The notes beneath the pieces were generated by a model. The model was not told the DNA's origin. It saw only the letters and a list, made by a program, of their open reading frames with translations, and did no database searches. From Micrococcus luteus NCTC 2665 (lineage in GTDB: Bacteria > Actinomycetota > Actinomycetes > Actinomycetales > Micrococcaceae), in NCBI RefSeq assembly GCF_000023205.1, contig NC_012803.1:1590001-1622000 (forward strand): a DNA stretch of 32,000 nt. Reading direction: 5' to 3'. The translations under genes and the position numbers were made by a program. Shown in pieces: positions 17,274 through 26,821 of the stretch (its first letter is position 1; the number at the start of each line of letters is the position of its first letter).

Positions 17274-17831
17274 TCAGGCGGGACGCAGCGCGGTCCGGAC
17301 CGTCCCCAGCGCCCCGAACGGGATGACGAGCCGCCCGCGGACGGCCGCGGCCCGCCGAGCCTCGTCCCGCGGGTGGCGGGCGATGTCGAGGTGGTCGCCG
17401 CCGACCCGGTCCACGGTGCCCTCCGCCAGTGCCGCGCCGAGGCGCCCCGTCACCGCCACCGGCTGGCGCGTCCGCGCGATGCCGCGCAGCACCATCCCCC
17501 AGCCGGCCGCGGCGAGCTCGGGCGCGAGCGCGGCCCGGGTCAGGTCGGCCTCCACGGCCGCCACGCAGTCCACCGTGACGATCGCCGATCCCGAGCCGTC
17601 GACGTGCACGCCGACCCAGCCCTGGCCCACCGTGTGCACCACCCCGTCCACGGCCTCGCCCCAGGCCAGGTGGAGGCGGACCTGCCGTCCTCGAGCTCCG
17701 CGCAGGCGATCCGCCAGGGACAGCGCCATCCACTCGGCTCGGGTCAGCTCCGCGGCCTCGGCCACCGTCTGCTGCCATCCGAGGTCGGCCCAGTGCGCCT
17801 CCAGGTCGTCGAAGAGTCCGTTCCACCGCAT
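17274..17831 (-). CDS. conserved actinobacterial hypothetical protein
   Basis: The ORF has high-GC3 coding character. MRWNGLFDDLEAHW... resembles the N-termini of hypothetical proteins seen near secA in actinobacteria (from memory). An alternative start is ATG 17876. Confidence 0.5.
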   Translation of the reverse strand: MRWNGLFDDLEAHWADLGWQQTVAEAAELTRAEWMALSLADRLRGARGRQVRLHLAWGEAVDGVVHTVGQGWVGVHVDGSGSAIVTVDCVAAVEADLTRAALAPELAAAGWGMVLRGIARTRQPVAVTGRLGAALAEGTVDRVGGDHLDIARHPRDEARRAAAVRGRLVIPFGALGTVRTALRPA

Positions 17832-17873
17832 GCGCTCAGCATAGGAGGCTGAGTGCCGGACATCGGTCATCAT

Positions 17874-17893
17874 CAAACATCACCAAACATCAC
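17874..17893. repeat. perfect tandem decamer CAAACATCAC x2 in a divergent promoter region
   Basis: Read directly. It is immediately followed by TTGACA (17896-17901) in an unusually AT-rich spacer. Confidence 0.8.
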
Positions 17894-17987
17894 TCTTGAC
17901 ACCCATCCGGCCATGCAGTTCACTGTGGTCATCGTCACCGGCCCGATCACGGGATCGCGGCCGGACGGACACACAGGAGGGGAATCC

Positions 17988-18740
17988 ATGGAGCGCTCGA
18001 CATCACCGGCCGGCCCGGCCCCGACCCGTCCGGTCGACGCGGCGGACGCCGTCGGCATCACCGTCCTGCTTCTGGCCGGACCCGGTCTGCTCGCCTGTGC
18101 CGCGGCGCTGCTGCAGACGGGCACCAGCGCGCCAGGGCCGGAACTGACGCGCGTGCTGGGCCTCGGTGCCGGTCTCGCCGGGCTCGGACTGCTCGCGTGG
18201 TGGGCGGTGGGCCTGACCGGGCTGGCGCTCGTCGCGCTGGGGCGCCGTGCGGGTCGGCCGGCCTGGGCCCGCCTGGGCCGGAGCCTCACGCCCGCCCTGC
18301 TCGGACGCGTGGCCGGCGCCGTCGTCGGCGTCCAGCTGCTCGCGGCACCGGCCGCGTGGGCGGACGCGGCTCATCCCGTGCCGGACGCCTCCTGGACCGT
18401 GGCTGCGGTGCCTGCGCACGCCACCGGCGTCGAGGCCCCCGCGCCGGACGCCGCGTGGACGCCCCGGCCCCCGGTGCCAGCCCCGCCGGGCGCCGGCGCC
18501 GGCCGTGCGGATCCGGACCACCCCACCGTCACCGTCCGGCGCGGCGACTGCCTGTGGCACCTCGCCGCCGCCGAGCTCGGACCGGACGCGACCCCCCGAG
18601 AGATCGACGCCCGGTGGCGCCGCTGGTACGAGGCCAACCGGCGGGTGATCGGCGACGACCCGCACCTGCTGCTGCCCGGCACCGTGCTGACCTCCCCCGT
18701 GTTCGCCCCGCACGCCGGCGTGGACGGACCACGGCCATGA
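17988..18740 (+). CDS. LysM domain-containing membrane protein
   Basis: The ATG at 17988 is preceded by AGGAGGGG. There are several TM segments, then the C-terminal LysM sequence TVTVRRGDCLWHLAAAELG...WRRWYEANRRVIGDDPHLLLPGTVLTSP. The upstream in-frame extension to 17853 has poor GC3 and was rejected. Confidence 0.75.
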   Translation: MERSTSPAGPAPTRPVDAADAVGITVLLLAGPGLLACAAALLQTGTSAPGPELTRVLGLGAGLAGLGLLAWWAVGLTGLALVALGRRAGRPAWARLGRSLTPALLGRVAGAVVGVQLLAAPAAWADAAHPVPDASWTVAAVPAHATGVEAPAPDAAWTPRPPVPAPPGAGAGRADPDHPTVTVRRGDCLWHLAAAELGPDATPREIDARWRRWYEANRRVIGDDPHLLLPGTVLTSPVFAPHAGVDGPRP

Positions 18741-19303
18741 CATCCACGACCCTGCACTCCCCCGCTTCGCCTCGTCCTCAGGAGACCGCCATGACCGCCC
18801 TCGCCACCCGCCCCCGCACCGCTTCCGCACGGCGCACCGCCGACACCCTCCTCCATGGGCCCGCCCACAGCCCCGCGGTCCTGCCCCGCGGTGAGGAGAT
18901 CGCCCGGCGGGCCCGCACCGAGCAGGGGCGCGAGGAGCTGCGCCGCGTCCGCTCGCTCGCCGCCGTGATCGCCGTCGCCTGCGTCGAGGTCGAGACGGGC
19001 CGCCGTGCCCTGCGGGACCTCTCCGCCTGGCTCTCGCCCGAGGTGCTGGACAAGTTGACCCGTCGCATGGAGCTGCTGGGCGCCGTCGCGCCGGCCGGGC
19101 CCGGTCGACGACCCGCCCCGGCCGTCCCGCCCCGGGCGCCCGCGTCCGCACCCCGCCCGGTGGGTGCCCGCGTGTGCGAGGTCGCGCCCGGCCGGGTGGA
19201 GGCCAGCGCGACGGTGCTGTGGGAGGGCCGGGCCCGGGCCTTCGCACTCCGACTCGAGCGGCGGCTCAGCCGCTGGAAGGTGACGTCGGTCGAGATCGGC
19301 TGA
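18737..19303 (+). CDS. Rv3235-family protein (DUF6459-like)
   Basis: It has an ATGA overlap with the LysM gene. AAVIAVACVEVETGRRALRDLSAWLSPEV...VCEVAPGRVEASATVLWEGRARAFALRLERRLSRWKVTSVEIG fits the conserved family found beside secA. An alternative start is at 18791. Confidence 0.65.
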   Translation: MTSTTLHSPASPRPQETAMTALATRPRTASARRTADTLLHGPAHSPAVLPRGEEIARRARTEQGREELRRVRSLAAVIAVACVEVETGRRALRDLSAWLSPEVLDKLTRRMELLGAVAPAGPGRRPAPAVPPRAPASAPRPVGARVCEVAPGRVEASATVLWEGRARAFALRLERRLSRWKVTSVEIG

Positions 19304-19330
19304 GCCGGATCGCCCCGTCGGACTGACGAT

Positions 19331-19366
19331 CGAGGGCCCGGAGACCTGGAGGTCTGCGGGCCCTCG
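19331..19366. terminator. bidirectional terminator hairpin (16-bp stem with 1 mismatch, 4-nt loop)
   Basis: CGAGGGCCCGGAGACC-TGGA-GGTCTGCGGGCCCTCG lies between the convergent Rv3235-family gene and secA. Confidence 0.6.
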
Positions 19367-19390
19367 TCCTGCGTCGTGGCGGGGTGCCGG

Positions 19391-22126
<2,736 letters not shown>

Positions 22127-22221
22127 TGGTTCTCTGCTCCCTTGCGGTGTGGCCGGGGCGGGACGGGATGCCCCTCGCGCGCGGCCGTGGCGCGGTCTCC
22201 GGGACAGTGTACGGGCCGAGT

Positions 22222-22249
22222 CCGGACGGGCCGCGGCGCCCGTCCCGGA
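22222..22249 (-). terminator. possible hpf terminator hairpin (about 10-bp stem with one bulge)
   Basis: CCGGACGGGC-cgcggc-GCCCGTCCCGG lies about 50 nt downstream of the hpf stop, in the 174-nt hpf-secA spacer. There is no U-tract. Confidence 0.3.
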
Positions 22250-22300
22250 GGGGAGGGGCGTCGCGGCGTCAGCAGGTCGTGGTCGACGTCGGCGGGGCGG

Positions 22301-22978
22301 TCAGTCCTCCCGCGTCTGGTATGCCTGCTCCCCCTCGGAGGCGGAGACGTGATCCTGAGGGAGGGACTCGTCCAGGCGGATCACGCCGTAGCTCCAGCCT
22401 CGGCGGCGGTAGACGACGGAGGGCACGCCGGTCTCGGCGTTCTGGAAGAGGTAGAAGTCGTGGCCGACCAGCTCCATCGCATCCACGGCGTCGTCCACGC
22501 TCATGGGGGTCGCGGGGAACGCCTTCTGCCGGATGCGCACCGGGGTGCCCGCCTCGGGGGCGTCCTGCGCGGAGGCGTCCTCCGCGGCCGGCGCGGCGCC
22601 CGACGGCGGCAGCGGTGGCACGAAGCCGACCTCACCCGCGCCGCGGGAGGCGCCGATCTTGCGGTGGCGACGGTCCTTGCGCCGGTCGCGCAGGCGCCGC
22701 AGGCGCTCGGTCAGTCGGGCGGCGGCTTTGTCGAAGGCTGCCAGCTCGTCGTCCGCGGCAGCCTCAGCCCGCACGACGTCCCGCGGGCCGCGGACCGTCA
22801 GTTCCACGCGGACCGCCTCGTCCGAGTGCTTGCGGTGGGAGACCTTCGTCACGCGGACCTCGAGCGTGTCGGCGCCCTCGGCGAGCCGCTGGAGGCGCTC
22901 CGTGCGCTCGACGACGTGGTCGCGGAAGCTCTCCGAGAGGCTGATGTTGCGGGCGATGTAGCTGACATCCATGGTCAT
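22301..22978 (-). CDS. hpf: ribosome hibernation-promoting factor, long form
   Basis: The N-terminal S30AE/YfiA domain (ISLSESFRDHVVERTERL...VEL) is joined through a linker to a C-terminal dimerisation domain (MSVDDAVDAMELVGHDFYLFQNAETG...VVYRRRGWSYGVI). Confidence 0.9.
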   Translation of the reverse strand: MTMDVSYIARNISLSESFRDHVVERTERLQRLAEGADTLEVRVTKVSHRKHSDEAVRVELTVRGPRDVVRAEAAADDELAAFDKAAARLTERLRRLRDRRKDRRHRKIGASRGAGEVGFVPPLPPSGAAPAAEDASAQDAPEAGTPVRIRQKAFPATPMSVDDAVDAMELVGHDFYLFQNAETGVPSVVYRRRGWSYGVIRLDESLPQDHVSASEGEQAYQTRED

Positions 22979-23127
22979 GGCGTCCTCCTGGTCCGACTCT
23001 CACGGGTCCGGCCTCGGGAGGGGAGGTGCGCCTCGGTGTCGCGTCCGCAGGGCGGCGGCGGGTCCGAGGGGGCGACCTCCTTCCAGCCGTCGGCAGGACG
23101 GGAACCGTAGGGGCGATTCCGTGCCGT

Positions 23128-23925
23128 TCACCCTACCCGGGGGCCTGGCCGGGGGCCAGGCTCGGCGGGGTCCCGCGGCGGGGCCACGGCCGCGAGCACG
23201 ACGGCCCCGACGGGGTGCCCGCCGGCGCGGCGCACCGCCTCCGCGAGCGCGGCGAGGGTGGCGCCGGTGGTGAGGACGTCGTCCACGAGCAGGACGGGCG
23301 CGCCGGCCGGCAGCCGCCCGGCGACGACGCGCCAGTCCCGGGCCCGCCGGCGGCGCTGGCCCGCCCCGGCGCCCGCGTGGGACGGGCCGCCGCCCCGGAG
23401 CGTGCTGGCGCGGGGCAGCAGGCGAGCACGGACGGCGTCGGAGACCAGCCACGGCGCCGGCAGCGCCCGGGTGAGCTCGGCGAGCGGGTCGTAGCCGCGC
23501 CGTCGGAATCCGACCGCGCCGCCCGGGACCGGGACGAGCAGGGCGTGCCGCGCCCCGGGCAGGTCCGGCTCGAGACGCGCCGCGGCGACGGCCCGGCAGA
23601 GGGCCTCGCCCAGCACGCCGCGCAGGTGCAGCGCGTGATGGTCCTTGAACGCGAGCACGGCGGCCGCCAGCGGGTCTGCGTAGCGCCCGGCCGCCATCAC
23701 CGGCAGCGGAGCGCCGCCGGGGCCCAAGGGTAAGGCCGGGGCGTCCTGCTCCGCCCGGAAGGGCCGGGACAGGACGGCGGTCAGTCCCTCCGCGCAGGCC
23801 GGGCAGAGCCGGTGGCCCGGCGCGGCGCACACCGCGCACTCGGCGGGCAGGACCAGGTCGGCCAGGGCCCGACCGAGGGTGCCGAACACCGACGGCGGGG
23901 ACGGGGAGGACGGCGGGGAACGCAT
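23128..23925 (-). CDS. comF: ComF-family protein (phosphoribosyltransferase domain)
   Basis: The N-terminal Cys pairs are CAVCAAPGHRLCPAC and the PRT motif is VLLVDDVLTTGATL. The start is set at ATG 23925. Confidence 0.8.
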   Translation of the reverse strand: MRSPPSSPSPPSVFGTLGRALADLVLPAECAVCAAPGHRLCPACAEGLTAVLSRPFRAEQDAPALPLGPGGAPLPVMAAGRYADPLAAAVLAFKDHHALHLRGVLGEALCRAVAAARLEPDLPGARHALLVPVPGGAVGFRRRGYDPLAELTRALPAPWLVSDAVRARLLPRASTLRGGGPSHAGAGAGQRRRRARDWRVVAGRLPAGAPVLLVDDVLTTGATLAALAEAVRRAGGHPVGAVVLAAVAPPRDPAEPGPRPGPRVG

Positions 23926-25408
23926 GCAACGAGTCCACCGCACGCCGCCGCCGTCCGGGCGCCGGGGCGGGCCGCTGTGCGGGCCGGGGCGGCTGTGCAG
24001 GAGTGGACGACGGGGCGGCGGGCGCGGGCTCGGCTCAGTCCGGGAACGAGAGGTCGCGCACCCCGCGGTCGAGCTCCTGCGCCCGCCACGAGGAGCCCAC
24101 CAGCAGGAACACGAGCTCCTCCGTCTCCGCGTAGTAGGCGCCGTCGTCACCGGCGGAGATCCCCCGCAGACCGCCCAGTGGGTTGAGCTCCCGGACGGTG
24201 CCGTCGATCGAGACGATCCGCGGCACCACGCGCTCGTCCGGCTTCTCGGCGTACGCCGAGACGAGCAGGTTCGTGCCTCCGGCCCACTCCACCGAGTCCT
24301 CCGAGCCGGAGGAGGGCAGCAGGATGGGCTCGGTCAGGGCGTTCGGCACCCCGTCCGAGCCGCGCACGACGCCGGACACGCGCAGGGTGGTCCGCTGGCC
24401 GTCGTCGACGAGCATCGCGGCCCGGGCCCCGCTCCGGGACAGCCGCAGGTCGACGATCCGCTCGCCGGGCCGCAGCCAGGTGGTTGTCACGATGCGCTCC
24501 TGCCCGCCGGGCCGGGCCGAGACGGCGCGGATCCGCGAGGTCGTCCCCCGGTCGGCCGCCCACACCCAGCCCAGGAGGTCCAGCGACGGGACGGTGAGCC
24601 CGGTGCCGCGCAGCGCCTCCCGCAGGGAGCCGTCCGTGCCGGCGACGTGGACCGCCGTCCGGTCACGGGTGACGAACGCGAATCGGCTGCGGTCGCCGGA
24701 CATCGTCGGGCGGACCGGATCGAGCGCGGTGACGTCCGGGGCGCCGCCCACCGGCGTGACGCTGGCCCCCTGCACGTACACGAGTCCGCCCGTCGCCGTG
24801 TCGATGCCCACCTGGACCGAGCCGACGGCGGGGTCGGTCTGGAGCGGGGCGGGGCCGTCGTCTCCCGACGTGGACAGCTGGGCACCGGCGACGGTCACCT
24901 CGACCTCCTTGACCGACTGGAGGCCCCTCAGGGTCAGCTTCAGCTGCTCCCGCATGCGGTGCCGCCGCTCGGCGTCGGCCCCCTCGGCGGCCGCCTGGGT
25001 GAGGTCGACGTGGGCCACGCCGTCGTCGTCGACGGGCACCGTGGGCGCGGCCAGGTCGGTGCCGGTGCGCAGCGGGAAGGCCGTCTCCACCGCCCCGGCC
25101 AGATACGGTGCCGGCCCGCGCAGCAGCGCTCGCGTCACCGCGGTCACGGTGGTGCCCCGATTGACGAACCACCGCACGTCCGGCACGACGTAGCGCTTCG
25201 CGGTGTCGTAGAAGGCGAGCTCGTGCGGGGCGAACAGCTGTCCGAACTGCGCCTGGGAGAGCAGCGTGCCGTTCTCCGTGGACGTGATCCGCATGCCCTG
25301 CGGCCGTTCCCGCACCGTGACGGCCCAGGCCCGCGTGGTCCCCGGCGGCGCGATGGTCCGCAGGCCGTACTCGTCGATCTCCGAGTCGACCTCGACCTGG
25401 ATCTGGTA

Positions 25409-25424
25409 GGGCGTGTTGCTAAAG
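25409..25424. repeat. IS left terminal inverted repeat
   Basis: GGGCGTGTTGCTAAAG is the exact reverse complement of 26332-26347. Confidence 0.9.
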
Positions 25425-25457
25425 GGTTCGGGGACGTGGATGCGCGAGTCTGGGGTC

Positions 25458-25847
25458 ATGTCGCGTGATGTCATCTCGGACGAGGTCTGGGCCGTGATCG
25501 GCCCACTGTTCCCCGAAGCCAAGACCACCGGGCGTCCGCCCGTGGATCGGCGCGCGGTGGTCGAGGCCACCGCGTGGCGCTTCCGCACCGGGGCGCCGTG
25601 GCGGGATCTGCCCGAGCGGTTCGGGAACTGGAACACGATCTACAAGAACTTCAACCGGTGGGCCGCCCAGGGCGTGTGGGAGCGGGTGCTGGAGAAGACC
25701 CAGTCCATGGCACAGCAGGCTGGCGAGCTGGACTGGGTGGCCTCGATCGATTCCACGATCGTGCGCGTCCACCAGCACGGGGCGACCCTGCCCCGCCCCA
25801 CAGGGGGCCTGGATGAACTACAAGAAATCCGGGGACGAGCCGGCTGA
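25458..25847 (+). CDS. IS5-family transposase, orfA (N-terminal DNA-binding part plus first catalytic Asp region)
   Basis: MSRDVISDEVWAVIGPLFP...GRPPVDRRAVVEATAWRFRTGAPWRDLPERFGNWNTIYKNFNRW is DUF4096-like, followed by ASIDSTIVRVHQH. Confidence 0.85.
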   Translation: MSRDVISDEVWAVIGPLFPEAKTTGRPPVDRRAVVEATAWRFRTGAPWRDLPERFGNWNTIYKNFNRWAAQGVWERVLEKTQSMAQQAGELDWVASIDSTIVRVHQHGATLPRPTGGLDELQEIRGRAG

Positions 25848-26337
25848 TCATGCCATCGGACGCTCCCGCGGCGGTCTGACGACGAAGAATCATCTGGTCT
25901 GTGATGGCAAGGGCCGGGTGCTGGCGTTCGTGGTGACCGGCGGGCAGGTCGCGGACACCTCGATGCTGGCCACCACGCTGGAGCAGATCAGCGTTGCCGG
26001 GGCCCGTGGGCGGCCCCGGATACGGCCTGACCGCCTGATTGCGGACAAGGGCTACCCCTCGAAGGCGAACCGGGCTTGGCTGCGCCGGCATGGCATCGCG
26101 GCCACGATCCCCGAGCGGGCCGATCAGATCGCGCACCGGCGCCGCCGCCCAGGAAGACCGATCGACTTCGGTGAAGACCAGCGCCAGCGCTACCGGGGAC
26201 GCAATGTCGTGGAGCGGTGCTTCAACCGGCTCAAACAGTGGCGAGGGATCGCGATGCGTTCGGACAAGTACGCCCGGAACTATCACGCCGGGCTCAGCCT
26301 CGCAGCGACACTGCACTGGCTGACTACCCTACTTTAG
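25813..26337 (+). CDS. IS5-family transposase, orfB frame (DDE C-terminal part)
   Basis: It contains DHAIGRSRGGLTTKNHLVCDG, LIADKGYPS and NVVERCFNRLKQWRGIAMRSDK. It is in the +1 frame relative to orfA with a 35-nt overlap, so it is probably expressed only as a fusion. Confidence 0.8.
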   Translation: MNYKKSGDEPADHAIGRSRGGLTTKNHLVCDGKGRVLAFVVTGGQVADTSMLATTLEQISVAGARGRPRIRPDRLIADKGYPSKANRAWLRRHGIAATIPERADQIAHRRRRPGRPIDFGEDQRQRYRGRNVVERCFNRLKQWRGIAMRSDKYARNYHAGLSLAATLHWLTTLL

Positions 26338-26347
26338 CAACACGCCC
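26332..26347. repeat. IS right terminal inverted repeat
   Basis: CTTTAGCAACACGCCC is the exact reverse complement of 25409-25424. Confidence 0.9.
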
Positions 26348-26821
26348 TAGTCCCCGGCGCCGTCGCCCCGGGTGATGCGCGGCTCCGCCGAGTACACGAG
26401 GGTGCGCTGCCCGGGCGTCCACTGGGTGGCCGCGGGCCCGTCGAGGAACTCGCGCGCCACCGCGTAGTCGTCCTGCGGGCTCGTGCCCGCGAGCAGGAAG
26501 CCCCGGATGGCCTCCTCCGCCGTGTCCGACTCGGCCGGTCCCGGCGGATGGAACTGCGGCGCATCGGCGTCTGCGGTGGCCCCGTCGACCGGGTCCGCGC
26601 TGCGCACCTCGGAGCTCTGGGGGATCTGGGTGCAGCCGCTGAGGGCGAGCACCAGGGCGACGATCACGCCGACGACGGCGAGCCGCGGCGGGCGGGGCGG
26701 CTGCGGATCCACGGTGGTCATCGGGCCTCCTCGGCCGGGTCGTCGCCGGTCGGGTCCCCGGTGGCCGGCCCGTGGGCGGGATCCTCCGCAGGGACCACGC
26801 GCACCGGCCGGGTCGGTGCGG

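Larger units (their letters stand above)
25409..26347 (+). mobile_element. IS5-family insertion sequence (IS427-group-like), 939 bp
   Basis: It has 16-bp perfect terminal inverted repeats (GGGCGTGTTGCTAAAG), flanking TA direct repeats (25407-25408 and 26348-26349), and two overlapping transposase ORFs. It is visibly more AT-rich than its flanks. Confidence 0.9.
24035..26721 (-). pseudogene. lpqB: lipoprotein LpqB, interrupted by an IS element (N-terminal 124 codons 26350-26721; C-terminal 457 codons 24035-25408)
   Basis: The N-fragment has a signal peptide plus lipobox (VALVLALSGC) and ends ...RITRGDGAGD, then a TAG created at the IS junction. The C-fragment begins YQIQVEVDSEIDEYGL. Removing 25409-26349 restores GAC TAC CAG in frame, giving about 581 aa. 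It lies downstream of mtrB, as expected for lpqB. Confidence 0.88.

Noticed and set aside
17877-17987. c-di-AMP (ydaO-type) riboswitch upstream of the LysM cell-wall gene
   Set aside because: The spacer is only about 110 nt, and I could not recognise the pseudo-twofold ydaO architecture or its conserved ACGGGG-type segments. Only one 5-bp hairpin is present.
17853-17987. Upstream in-frame GTG start (preceded by AGGAGG) extending the LysM ORF by 45 codons
   Set aside because: Third-position GC in the extension is far lower than in the surrounding genes (16 of 44 codons end in A or T). The ATG at 17988 has its own strong AGGAGGGG site, and the extension covers the AT-rich promoter-like region.
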